A stretch of 64,000 nucleotides of DNA from Azolla caroliniana (lineage: Eukaryota; Plantae; Polypodiophyta): contig JBHGNT010000010.1 in the NCBI GenBank assembly GCA_043228905.1, positions 4,154,001 through 4,218,000 on the forward strand, read 5' to 3'. Each line of letters opens with the position of its first letter. Positions within the stretch are counted from its first letter, which is position 1. A program made the translations under genes and the position numbers. Below, piece after piece: positions 25,466-37,143 of the stretch. Under the pieces are notes generated by a model. It was not told the DNA's origin. It saw only the letters and a program-made list of their open reading frames with translations, and searched no databases.

Positions 25466-28400
25466 TTTCTTTTTCTTTTTCCAAAATGAAGCTACTTTCC
25501 CATTAGTTAGGAAGGATTATTACAAAAAGACTGTACACAGGGCTTATATACAAATCGGGAAATCTCCCTCCGAACAAGTACAAGAAAATGAGATTAGTTA
25601 CTTAGCATAACGGGTTGACTACTCAATATAAGCAGATACCTATAGCTAAAAATGGTGCCCGTCAATTTTGGCTAGTACGAGACACCTCCTAGGGCCTACA
25701 CCACAAGGAGGGCGGCAAGTGACTCGGAAACAGCCACCGTGGGGGCTGGTAGTTCCACCTAGGACCACTTACTCCTTGTGTCATCATAGGCATGTTCCGC
25801 CATTTTTGCCAAAAGCGTAAATGTGCAGTGACCACATCGTTGGAATGGCTGCAAACCTCGTCCAACTGCCCTTGTAGGCAGCTGATAAGAGCAAACCATA
25901 TGTCCATGATCACTTCCTCCGGGGGTCGCACCAGATCCTGAAAAACCTTCAGGCAATGCACTTTCCATATATACCACATGGTGAAGCCTGCGATCAACAT
26001 CCAAATTTTCGAGAACCTAGGGGATGCGGACTGCAAGCCTCTTCCATAACGAATCTTGGCGATTTTGCCTCCAATGCATACATAGCACCAGCTATCCGCA
26101 TTGAAGGCGTCCGTCCACCTATCATCGGAGTGATCAATCCATGTCGTAGTACTCCACGATGCGGTTCCTTCCACTTCACAAGCCACAAGGAGGCGAGTCA
26201 CTCTATCCCATACCTTTTGAACTTGAGAGCAATCCCATAGACAGTGCCTCAGAGTCTCAATAGGTGAAGGGCAGAGTGGGCAGCCTAAGGGGCCGCACGT
26301 TTACCTAACCATTTGCCAATGGGAACCACATTATGACTGATCTGCCACCAAAAAAATTTGATCTTTTCAGGCATGTGGAGACACCAAAGACCTTTCCAAA
26401 AAGTAATGAGCACCTCATCAGGGATGCCCAATGTACGCCAGCCATTACGTAAGGGGCCATCTAGCTGCAATTGTAAAGTCCGACCCAATTTAGTGTTGTA
26501 CTCGAAGAAATGGCAAAGTCTGCCATCTTGTTTCCACTTGAAATCCCGTGGGTCCCATTCTAGCTCGATGAGGGGACAGCCACCATATACCCATAACTTC
26601 CAATGGGGTTCCACCTTAGCAACATCTGGGTCTGTTTTCCAGATGTTACCAACCTGCGCCACCACGCGGATTGGGTGCCAAGAGCCCCTACTCTGCCTCT
26701 CCCCAAAAATTGTATCTCGTCCCGATCCACTCACACCCTTCAGCAACTTAACCACACCAGTCTCATCAAAGAGACTGAACCATGTATCTTCTCTCACCTC
26801 CCCCATCGAGACCCTATCTAGTGCCTCAGCTATCAACCTCCGCATTTTCATGGCTCCCTTGAGGGGAGGGAAAGGGACCTCCTGGTCCCCTCCTGAAGCC
26901 ACCGTGCGTCTCCAATCATCTATAGAGAGGAGCCCTGTTTGCGCCAACTTTCCCCAGGCTAGGCCCTTAAGCTGCCCTAACATCATGTCACCACTTGACT
27001 GCACTTGAGGGTTCCAAAATAATGGCTGTCTAGCCCACTCGACTAGTGTCTCTGGCGTGTGCTTGACCAAATGACGTCTTACGTGACACCATGCCCGCAA
27101 GATGGAGTTCGTGACCCGCTCCTCCGGTTGACAAGCCAACTTGGGAGGGATTCCACTCATGCAACACCAATTCAAGGAATCCGGCCAAGGCCTACCATAC
27201 TTGGGCATCCCTGCTTGCAGCCTATTGCGAAGTAGTACCTTCCAGCACCCCTTACCTGGCAAGAGGCATCGAACCACCATTTTGGCTAGCAATGCTCGGC
27301 TCTGCATTAAGGGGTCTATGAGGCCAAGCCCCCCTTTGGCCCGCGGTTGTGTTAACCAATGCCATGACACTCTGGCGGCAGCAAACGGGTTTTCCTTACC
27401 TGACCATATAAACCCCCTGATGGCAGCCTTAATCGCGCGCAAACTTGAGGGGTCCATAATCCAGCAGGAGACTGAGTGCCACATGGTGGCGAGCAACACT
27501 TGGTTCGCAATAAGAACCCTACCAGTGAAGGAAAGTTTAGATCTGCTCCATTGGATCAGCTTCTTGCTTATTTTGGTTTGCACATGTGACAATTGCACTC
27601 CCTTGGGGATTGCCCTCCCCATCGTAAATCCTAGGTATTTGAATGTCGTCCCATCAGGGACCCAAGCAAAATCAGCGTGGGGTTGCCACCCTGGCTTCTC
27701 TTGTTCGCTGAACCAGAGGCCTTGGGTTTTATCCCAATTGATCTTGGCTCCAGCAGCCTGACAAAGGTCCTCAACAAGCTGTTCAGCCCGCTGCAGATTC
27801 GCGTCATCGCCCTGCAAGAAAAGGACCGTATCGTCGGCATATTCAGATAGCAGTAGATCTTCAGACGCATTGGGGATGGACAATCCCCTCAATCCGTTGC
27901 TTGGTGCTTGTAAATAAGCAGAGAAAGCCTCAGTGACAAATAGGTAGAGATATGGAGCTAGGGGACAGCCTTGCCTCACTGAGCGATGTAGTTGGAAGGC
28001 AGGGCCCCTAGCACCAACTACCAACACGCTACTAGAAGCATTCTGATAGAGTGCAGAAGTGCAATTCCTCCATTGTTGGGGTAGGCCCATAGCGCTCATC
28101 ACTCTTTCCAAAAACGGCCATAATACCCTGTCGTAGGCCTTCTCAAAGTCTAACAGCAGAATAGCCGAGCTCGATACGGCACGATCTACTAATGCCATAA
28201 CTTCCCAGAGAAGAAATACATTATCAAAGATACACCTACCCTTGATAAACCCAATTTGATTCTCGTGAATGATGTCCGGTAAGAAGCTTGCTATCCGCCT
28301 AGCTAAGACTTTTGCAAGTATCTTGTATATCGTGTTAAGGATCGTGATTGGACGCCATTGGCGCAGCTCTAGGCTTCGCCCTGCCGCTTTAGGGATGAGA

Positions 28401-29685
28401 TAGATCATCCCTTCAGCCATGCCAGATGGCACCGTTCCCGAGGCCCAAATCTCCTGAACCCCAGCTTCCAATGACGGGATAACAGTGTCCCAATGAATCT
28501 CAAAAAAATCTCGTGAGAGACCATCGGGGCCGGGGCATGCTCCTCTCTACAATTCCCTAAGTGCTTCCGAGAGTTCTAATCGAGAAATGGGGCTGTCGAG
28601 CACAACTTCCATCTCGTGGGTTACCTTGGGGTGAATGCAAGCCAACACCCTCTCAACCAGCTCCATGTTTTGTTGCATATGCACAGGTGCGAGCAGGTCA
28701 CAATAGTATTATGTCGCCATATGCAGAATCTCATCCTTGTCCTCCGTTATTGAACCATCTGGTTTGCGAAGCCCTTGTATATGTCCACCTCCACCCTTGG
28801 GTGCCCTGTAGTGAAAGAAATGGCGGTTGACCTTGTCATCTTTTCTAGCCCACCATGTTGCGGTCCTTCGAAACAGCATGCGGTTCTTCTCCAACATCCT
28901 TTCCCACATGGCACGTTGGTGGCAGGAAGAGCCTTATATGTGCTTCTGAAATGGAACAACCTTCAATTTGGGGTGTTAAACAGTTATGCCCCTAACTCTT
29001 CCCCCGAGAGGGCAATCTTTTGGCGGATGTTAGCGACAACATTGCCTGAGGCAGAGGTGTGGATAATGGCTGGTGATTTCAACATGACGGAGCACCTGGG
29101 GGATAGGAAAGGGGGGACCCAAAGACCGCTTCATGGTGCGGAGTTGGACTCATGGGCTTTCCTAATCGGCAAAATTGGGGTGAAGGATACATGGGGCTCC
29201 TCCCTTAGAAGATGCTCACATTCGCTTCACTTCTCCCGAGCTGCCGCGAATGCTAGGGGTGGTAGTCTTGCACGGCTAGACCGCATATACATCAGCTCGT
29301 CCCTCGAAGAGTTGGGGGGCTCCTTTGCCATCTTGGCAGGTCTCACCTTCTCTGATCACTAGCCGATGAGATTAGACCTTAACCCACCCCGTGGCAGCAA
29401 GGGGAGTCTCAATGTGAAAATCCCCACCAAGATCATGAAGAGTGCAAAGGTGAAGGCAGGGCTGCAAAGTATATGGCGGGAGACCATTGTAAGTGAATCA
29501 GCCAGTGAGGATCTGCAGAAAAAATTGACCCTCTCCTCCTCCTTTTTACAGCAAGAAACCAAGCTGGCCCTTCAGCAGGCTAGAGCCATTGAAACAAAAT
29601 TACGGAAATCCGTTGCGGCCGCGCAACGGCTGCTGCAAGCAGACCCTAGTTGCAATTGGTCTAGAGCCAAGTTGGAGGAAGCAAA
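25466..29685 (-). mobile_element. L1-clade LINE with an inverted 5' segment (endonuclease on +, RT and zinc finger on -)
   Basis: Minus ORF 26285-28471 has WRPITILN, LLDFEKAYD, VRQGCPLAPYLY, YADD and KYLG, followed by frameshifted CPLC...HCLWDC. T-rich tail at 25466-25480. Plus-strand APE endonuclease (NSYAPN, AGDFN, RLDRIY, SDH) at ~28907-29685. 15-bp TSD AATTAAGCTACTCTT at 25451-25465 and 29686-29700. Confidence 0.92.
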
Positions 29686-31595
29686 AATTAAGCTACTCTT
29701 ATATATGTACTCACATATTTACACTTAAGCTAACACCTATTGAAATGCACACACATATGCATTCCTCATACATGAATTCATTTAGATATACCTATATTTG
29801 AATGCACAAATCTACAAGCATGAATTATTATTTCTTTAAAAAATATATCCCTTACAAATCTTTTAAACACACATTTGTCGTCACACAAACATTCCTAGGG
29901 GGCAAATGTTCCTAATAGATGAATATTCTGAGGAGGCGAATATTCCTCGCTCCTCCCTCTCTCTCTCTCTCTCATGATTGTCGAGAAAGAGTGGTTAACA
30001 TTTGATTAGTGTTACCACACAATCGAAGGTTAACGACACTTGATCAACACAAAGGAACTAGATTTTAAGTCTCGAAATTCTCGCTTGGATAAGAATGAGT
30101 CTCTTTACAAAACAGGTTCAATAAAAAACTACCATGAGTATGGTGGTTTTGACAAAGACCCCCTTTAGGGGTTAAACAAGAGGCAAAAACAATGAGACGA
30201 GGTGATCAAGCTTTGGTGCAGACCCTAACTAAACAATGTCGCAGAGGTTGAGGCCTCACCTACGTTCAACAACAACACCACCTTCAAGCTAAAATAGTGT
30301 CCTTAGGCCAGATGAGCTCCCTAGCAAATCAAGAGAGCATGGTAAGAAGCCTTCAAGGCAATGTGGTGATTGATCGTAAACTCGCTTTCCCAAAACTCAA
30401 GGATATTCTCCCAACAGTCTTTCGACTTTGAATTTTTTATCATGCCAATCTCTCATACCCTATATAATGGGGTGATTGTTATTGTAAAAAGCAACTTGCA
30501 TCTCAATCTTTGGGTTCTCTAAAATTGATGTGATTTGTCAGGATTATTACCATCTTCTTGTATTGAAGCTTACGTACTCGAAGAAAGACTTGAAATTGTG
30601 TTCATGCGAATCATAATGAAACAAGGATTGCTACAAAATTATTTTTATCTTGCGAGAGGTTGAATTTAGATCCACAAATTGAGGTGTTCAACTTGTTGAC
30701 GTCTTCAAAATTTCGCAATGGTCACGGAAACTTTTTCGACGTGTCAATCAAAGTACTTGACAAGAGGATATGAGGAAAGGAGAATGTATGAACAATAGGA
30801 GTGAAACCTATGCTATTGAGTTTGAAAAACTGAGTGCCCAGACAATCAAGTTGCCTTTGCACTAACAAGAGTCTGAAAAGACAAGAACATGCAAATTACA
30901 TGATGGGGAGCTAAAGAGGCAAGAGGGACGTGATTGTATGAGGTATTAACTCATGGCCACGTGAAGTGTGAAGGGGGGCTAAAGTAGTGTGAACGTGATC
31001 ACACAAATGACGAGTGCAAATCGCATGAAGAGCAAAAAAGGGAGTGCAAGGAGGAACAATAGTCAAGCTACCTCCTAATGGCTAGTTCTACAACAATGTT
31101 TGAAGGAGAAGGACACATGATCACACCACGAGCAAGGGGAGATAACAAGGCTAGGAGGGAAAGAGAAGCGAACGAACGAGCAACCAGTCCACTACCTCTC
31201 ATATATACAACTGATACAACCACAATGCTCGAACGAGCTTAAGAGATGAGCACCAAACTGTTGGCTTGACGTAGCAAATGAAGGCTAAGCACATAAGCAT
31301 GCACGACTTTCCCAATTAGTGCATGAGGGCTAACTCATTAAGCATATGAGAGTTGAACCCACAAAGAGTGTGCTACCAACTAGCACATGAAGGAGAAACC
31401 CACTGACCGCCACATATCAATCAATGCACCAAACACATAATTACCTTTATATATCAACACCAAGGTCAAATAACATTTGCGTACGCATATCCTTACGCAT
31501 TAAATTTCATACACATGACACCCCTAGACATTAACATATACATATCCATAAAATGCATACTCAATTTACATATGGACAATAAAAATTTAAGCATG

Positions 31596-31634
<39 letters not shown>

Positions 31635-31798
31635 TCATTTATAGAAGCATATGCATAGAGACACTAATACACATTTACATATATGTATATACACATATAT
31701 AAATAACATATACAAATACAAACACAAACACTTGTACACTTACAAAAAAATATATTCCTACACTTATACACACAAATCTTTATTCACACGAGCATATA

Positions 31799-32414
31799 TG
31801 TTGGGATTTCGGTCCCTTCGGATGGGATGGTCGGATGTCGGAGACGAATGCCGACAAGCCCGGTTTCGGTTTCGGATCCGGATGACGAAGACCCCGACTT
31901 CAGAGTCGGATGACGAATGTACCCGAAGAAGAGATCCGGATGCAGGGACATATCCGTGAATATGTCTGCTAAGGGCCCCTGAGGCTATAGTTGTAAATAG
32001 CCCCTAAGTCATATATGTATAAATATGACTTAGGGCAAACTGTTTTGTTGTTGCTTCTCATTTTTTCTGTTTTTCCACTCAAGAGGAGTGAAGAGAGAGC
32101 AGCCGAGAGAGAGAGAGAGAGATAGAGCGCGAGAGAGGAAGAGGTAGACGCCTCTGTGTATTTCCGCCGCCTGTGGCGAGGACAGCGAGCTCAAGGTCGT
32201 CGCCTTGCAGCTCACCATTGTATACTTTCTTTGTATAGTGTTGGTTTGGAGTCTTGTACTCCCGTGGTTTTTCCCATCTAGGGTTTTTCCACGTTAATCC
32301 CTGTGTACTCGCGTTTTGTTTCTCCGTTTTGGTTCCTATTTTCTGTTGCATTGATTCGCGATTACTCGGTTGTGGCCGAGTGGCGAAGGTGAATAGAAGC
32401 GTCTATTCCTTACA
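31799..32414 (+). repeat. 5' LTR of the copia element
   Basis: TGTTGGGATT...CCTTACA; direct repeat of 36528-37143; contains a TATAAATA box and a (GA)n tract. Confidence 0.95.
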
Positions 32415-32443
32415 AACTGGTATCAGAGCGACTGTTGCAGAAA

Positions 32444-35400
32444 ATGGAAGGCGGCGGCAGCGGGCAGCCGCTGATGATGGTGCTAAATGCACAGAATTAC
32501 GCCGACTGGAAGATCAAGATGGAGGATCTTCTGATTGTTCGGGACCTGTACGAACCGATTGACAGGTCGGAAATACCGAAAGGGGTACTTGAGTCGGAGT
32601 GGAAGCTCCTGAACCGGAAAGCCGTAGCGACGATCCGACAGTATGTCGATGTAAGCGTCCTACAACATGTGGCGAACGACACCAACGCATATGAGATGTG
32701 GAAGAAGCTGTCGGGCCTCTATGAGAGGAAGAATGCGTTGAACCGGACCTCCCTGATGAGGAAGATAGTGAATCTCAAGTACCGGGACGGCGAGAGTATG
32801 GTGGAACACGTAAGCACGTTCATGGGATTCGTGAATCAGCTTGCGGCGATCAAGTTCCCGTTGGAGGATGCAATGCAAGCCATCATCCTGATGTGCACAT
32901 TGCCAGAAAGCTGGGAGAACTTGGTGGTGACTCTCAGCACCTCCTGCACCGAAGATAACTTGTCCTTACAAACGGTAAAGACAAGTATTTTGAATGAAGA
33001 AGCGCGTCGGAGAGATAAGGAACCGACCTCCGACCCGAAGATGTTGTTTACCGAATCGGATCGGGGAAGACAATGGAACCGGAGTCCGCAAAGACGGGAG
33101 AAGTCGGGGACCCGGTCGCAGTCAAGAGGAAGGCCCACATGCTTCCACTGTGGGAAGCCGGGGCACTTCCGAAAGAATTGTCGGCATTACCGAAAGGATA
33201 ATGGAACCGACAACACCGATTCGAAGAAGTCACCGGAGAGAAACGGTGCATACCGGGGAGCCACGGACCGGAATGGTTCGGATCGGCGAGGACAGGACCG
33301 GAAAGGAACGACGGCACTCGCGGCAAGTGAAGAGGAGATCATGCTCATCACCGAAGAAGGTGAACTAAACATTGCCGGCGATGAGACGACCTGGGTGGTC
33401 GATTCCGGAGCATCGTTTCACCTGACCCCGGAGAGAAGATACTTCTCATCCTACACAGCCGGCGAGCATGGCTGTGTTCGGATGGGAAATGAAGGTACGT
33501 GCCGGATAGCCGGCATCGGAGACGTGTGGTTGACAACCCCGACCGGATGCAAAATGCTGCTGAAGGATGTCCGACACGTTCCGGAGGTTCGATTGAACCT
33601 GATTTCGGCTGGGAGGCTAGACGATGAAGGCTACACAGGTAGCATCCAGAACGGCGTAATGAAGTTCAGCAAGGGGAGCCTGATAGTGGCTCGGGCCCGG
33701 AAAGTCAACACACTGTACCTGATGAATGCCCGGTTATGTCCGGAAGAGCTGAATGTGGCAGCCGACACTGCCGGTGAGCTGTGGCACAAAAGACTGTGCC
33801 ACATGAGTGAGAAGGGGATGAAGAGGCTTGCAGAAGACAACCTTATTCCAGTGAAGCATGTGCACCTGGAGAAGTGCACCGATTGCCTGGCCGGTAAGCA
33901 GAACCGAACCTCCTTCCACTCAAGGCCACCGACGAGACGTAGCGCACCATTGGAGTTGGTGCACACCGACGTGTGTCAGGTAGAAACGAAGTCACATGGC
34001 GGAGCCCAGTACTTCGTAACATTCATAGATGATCACAGCCGAAGACTGTGGACGGCACCGTTGAAGACAAAGGACCAAGTATTGTCCGTCTTCAAAGAAC
34101 TCCACGCGAGAGTGGAAAGGGAATCCGGCAAGAAGCTGAAAGCGATACGAGCGGATAACGGAGGGGAATACCGAGGGCAGTTCCAGGAGTACTGTCGCTC
34201 GAAGGGAATCCGACTCGAGTTTATTGTGCCGAAGACGCCGGAACTGAACGGGTTGGCCGAGAGGATGAACCGGACCATAATGGAGAGGGTCCGGAGTATG
34301 CTGGCACATGCGAAATTACCCAAGGGATTTTGGGCTGAGGCAATGTCGACGGCGACGTATGTGATAAATAGATCACCCTCAGTACCTTTGGACGGAGACA
34401 CGCCGCAGAAAGTGTGGACCGGTAAGGAAGTGTCCTACCGGCATCTGAAGGTGTTCGGGTGTCTTGCATACGTGCATGTGGCAAAGGACCGGAGAGGAAA
34501 GCTAGATCCGAAGACCCGGCCATGCATATTCCTCGGTTACGGCGACGACGAGTTCGGCTACCGAGTATGGGACCCGGTCGACAAGAAGATATTCAGGAGT
34601 CGAGGCATCATCTTCATGGAGGACAAGACACTCGCCGACTGGGAGTCGGAGAAGAAGGTGAAGAGCTCCAAGTCGACCGGTGAGGATCAACTCTACGAGG
34701 AGCAGTCCCGACCGGCAAGGGACCGGTTAACACTCGAGGATCCGGCCGAAGACGGTGAAGAAACAGAACCGGCCGAAGAAGATGAAAACGATACCGGAAC
34801 CGGCCCCGATCCCGAAATGGATTCGGATGAAGAAGAATCGGAAGAACCGGTTACCGAAGCTCCCGAACGGAGATATCCTCTAAGAGAGAGGAGAGCCCCC
34901 CGGAGATTTCCGGAACCGGAGCACGTGCTGCTAACCGACGAGGGGGAGCCGGAGAGCTTTGAAGAAGCAAAGCATGACACCCAGAGCCGCAGGTGGTTGA
35001 GTGCCATGCAGGACGAGATGGATTCCCTGCATGAGAACCACACATATGAACTTGTGGAGTTGCCGAAAGGAAAGCGGGCACTTCGAAACAAGTGGGTGTT
35101 CAAGCTGAAACCGGGAGATGCCGGAAACCCCCCGAGATACAAAGCCAGGATCGTGGTGAAGGGGTTTCAGCAAAAGAAGGGCGTCGACTTCGACGAGATA
35201 TTTGCCCCGGTAGTGAAGATGACCTCCATCCGGACGGTGCTGAGCATAGCGGCAAGCATGGACCTCGAGGTAGAACAGATGGACGTGAAGACGGCATTCC
35301 TTCACGGTGACCTCGAAGAAGAGATCTACATGCAGCAACCGGAAGGATTCGAGAAGGAAGGGAAGGAGCACCTGGTATGCCGGTTGAAGAAGAGCCTTTA

Positions 35401-36517
35401 CGGACTGAAGCAGGCTCCCCGGCAATGGTACCGGAAGTTCGACTCCTTCATGACCGACGAAGGGTACCTCAAAACGCAGTCCGACCACTGCGTGTTTGTG
35501 AAGAAGTTCGAAGGAGGAGACTTTCTAATACTCCTCCTGTACGTGGACGACATGTTGATCGTCGGACGGGACCAGGTCAAGATACGGATGCTGAAGAAGG
35601 CTCTTCACCGAACCTTCGCAATGAAGGACCTGGGTCCGGCGAGGCAAATACTAGGGATGCACATCATCCGGGACCGGAAGAAGAAGCAGTTGTGGCTGTC
35701 ACAGGAAAAGTACGTGACGAAGGTGCTTCACCGGTTCAACATGTCGGAAGCAAGACCGGTCGGATCGACCCTCCCGGCAAACTGCAAGCTGTCCAGCAAG
35801 CAAAGTCCCAAGACAAAGGCTGAAAAGGAGGATATGATGAAAGTGCCGTATGCCTCAGCCGTCGGGAGCTTGATGTACGCCATGGTGTGTACGAGACCGG
35901 ACATCGGATATGCAGTCGGAGTGGTGAGCCGGTACATGAGCAATCCCGGCAAAGAGCATTGGAACGCGGTCAAGTGGATACTCCGATACCTGAAGGGCAC
36001 AGCGAATGTGTGCCTCCGATTCGGCTCCGGTAAACCCGAACTCGACGGTTTCACCGATTCGGATATGTCGGCTGATGCAGATACCAGTCGGTCCACATCA
36101 GGATATGTGATGACGTATGCAGGGGGAGCTGTTTCATGGCAGTCGAGGCTGCAGAAGACGGTTGCGTTGTCAACCACGGAGGCGGAGTACATGGCGGCCG
36201 TTGAAGCCGGCAAGGAAATAATATGGATGAAGGACTTCATTAGAGAGCTCGGTATCCAACAGGAGGAGTACCAACTCTACTGCGACAGTCAGAGTGCAAT
36301 CCACCTTGCGAAGAACGCGGCCTATCACTCCCGGACGAAGCACATCCAGCGAAGATATCACTGGATCCGGGAAAGGATAGAAGACAAGGAGTTCGTGCTG
36401 ACAAAGATCCACACGGACGAGAACGGGTCGGATATGCTGACCAAGGTCCTCACACCCGACAAGCTGGAAGCATGCCGGAAGAGGATCGGATTGGAGAGAC
36501 ATCCCATGCCGAAGTGA
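32444..36517 (+). CDS. Copia Gag-Pol polyprotein (gag, CCHC knuckle, PR, IN, RT, RNase H)
   Basis: Single uninterrupted ORF from the ATG at 32444. Motifs CFHCGKPGHFRKNC, VDSGAS, HKRLCH...CTDC, HTD/RADNGGE/AERMNR (DDE), [16 protein letters not shown] and TDSD...EAEY...CDSQSA...DMLTK. Confidence 0.97.
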   Translation: MEGGGSGQPLMMVLNAQNYADWKIKMEDLLIVRDLYEPIDRSEIPKGVLESEWKLLNRKAVATIRQYVDVSVLQHVANDTNAYEMWKKLSGLYERKNALNRTSLMRKIVNLKYRDGESMVEHVSTFMGFVNQLAAIKFPLEDAMQAIILMCTLPESWENLVVTLSTSCTEDNLSLQTVKTSILNEEARRRDKEPTSDPKMLFTESDRGRQWNRSPQRREKSGTRSQSRGRPTCFHCGKPGHFRKNCRHYRKDNGTDNTDSKKSPERNGAYRGATDRNGSDRRGQDRKGTTALAASEEEIMLITEEGELNIAGDETTWVVDSGASFHLTPERRYFSSYTAGEHGCVRMGNEGTCRIAGIGDVWLTTPTGCKMLLKDVRHVPEVRLNLISAGRLDDEGYTGSIQNGVMKFSKGSLIVARARKVNTLYLMNARLCPEELNVAADTAGELWHKRLCHMSEKGMKRLAEDNLIPVKHVHLEKCTDCLAGKQNRTSFHSRPPTRRSAPLELVHTDVCQVETKSHGGAQYFVTFIDDHSRRLWTAPLKTKDQVLSVFKELHARVERESGKKLKAIRADNGGEYRGQFQEYCRSKGIRLEFIVPKTPELNGLAERMNRTIMERVRSMLAHAKLPKGFWAEAMSTATYVINRSPSVPLDGDTPQKVWTGKEVSYRHLKVFGCLAYVHVAKDRRGKLDPKTRPCIFLGYGDDEFGYRVWDPVDKKIFRSRGIIFMEDKTLADWESEKKVKSSKSTGEDQLYEEQSRPARDRLTLEDPAEDGEETEPAEEDENDTGTGPDPEMDSDEEESEEPVTEAPERRYPLRERRAPRRFPEPEHVLLTDEGEPESFEEAKHDTQSRRWLSAMQDEMDSLHENHTYELVELPKGKRALRNKWVFKLKPGDAGNPPRYKARIVVKGFQQKKGVDFDEIFAPVVKMTSIRTVLSIAASMDLEVEQMDVKTAFLHGDLEEEIYMQQPEGFEKEGKEHLVCRLKKSLYGLKQAPRQWYRKFDSFMTDEGYLKTQSDHCVFVKKFEGGDFLILLLYVDDMLIVGRDQVKIRMLKKALHRTFAMKDLGPARQILGMHIIRDRKKKQLWLSQEKYVTKVLHRFNMSEARPVGSTLPANCKLSSKQSPKTKAEKEDMMKVPYASAVGSLMYAMVCTRPDIGYAVGVVSRYMSNPGKEHWNAVKWILRYLKGTANVCLRFGSGKPELDGFTDSDMSADADTSRSTSGYVMTYAGGAVSWQSRLQKTVALSTTEAEYMAAVEAGKEIIWMKDFIRELGIQQEEYQLYCDSQSAIHLAKNAAYHSRTKHIQRRYHWIRERIEDKEFVLTKIHTDENGSDMLTKVLTPDKLEACRKRIGLERHPMPK

Positions 36518-36527
36518 AGGGGGAGTT

Positions 36528-37143
36528 TGTTGGGATTTCGGTCCCTTCGGATGGGATGGTCGGATGTCGGAGACGAATGCCGACAAGCCCGGTTTCGGTT
36601 TCGGATCCGGATGACGAAGACCCCGACTTCAGAGTCGGATGACGAATGTACCCGAAGAAGAGATCCGGATGCAGGGACATATCCGTGAATATGTCTGCTA
36701 AGGGCCCCTGAGGCTATAGTTGTAAATAGCCCCTAAGTCATATATGTATAAATATGACTTAGGGCAAACTGTTTTGTTGTTGCTTCTCATTTTTTCTGTT
36801 TTTCCACTCAAGAGGAGTGAAGAGAGAGCAGCCGAGAGAGAGAGAGAGAGATAGAGCGCGAGAGAGGAAGAGGTAGACGCCTCTGTGTATTTCCGCCGCC
36901 TGTGGCGAGGACAGCGAGCTCAAGGTCGTCGCCTTGCAGCTCACCATTGTATACTTTCTTTGTATAGTGTTGGTTTGGAGTCTTGTACTCCCGTGGTTTT
37001 TCCCATCTAGGGTTTTTCCACGTTAATCCCTGTGTACTCGCGTTTTGTTTCTCCGTTTTGGTTCCTATTTTCTGTTGCATTGATTCGCGATTACTCGGTT
37101 GTGGCCGAGTGGCGAAGGTGAATAGAAGCGTCTATTCCTTACA
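36528..37143 (+). repeat. 3' LTR of the copia element
   Basis: Direct repeat of the 5' LTR, followed by TSD ATATA. Confidence 0.95.

Larger units (their letters stand above)
31799..37143 (+). mobile_element. Full-length intact Ty1/copia LTR retrotransposon (Tnt1/Tto1-like)
   Basis: 616-bp TG...CA LTRs at 31799-32414 and 36528-37143, no differences seen. 5-bp TSD ATATA. PBS TGGTATCAGAGC (tRNA-iMet) at 32418-32429. PPT GAAGGGGGAG just before the 3' LTR. Confidence 0.98.

Noticed and set aside
26358-27761. Long plus-strand ORFs (216 aa, 206 aa) opposite the LINE RT
   Set aside because: Antisense shadows of ORF2 with no independent coding signal.
32497-36680. Numerous antisense and overlapping ORFs in the copia element
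   Set aside because: Expected by-product of a GC-rich coding sequence with few off-frame stops; no recognisable motifs.
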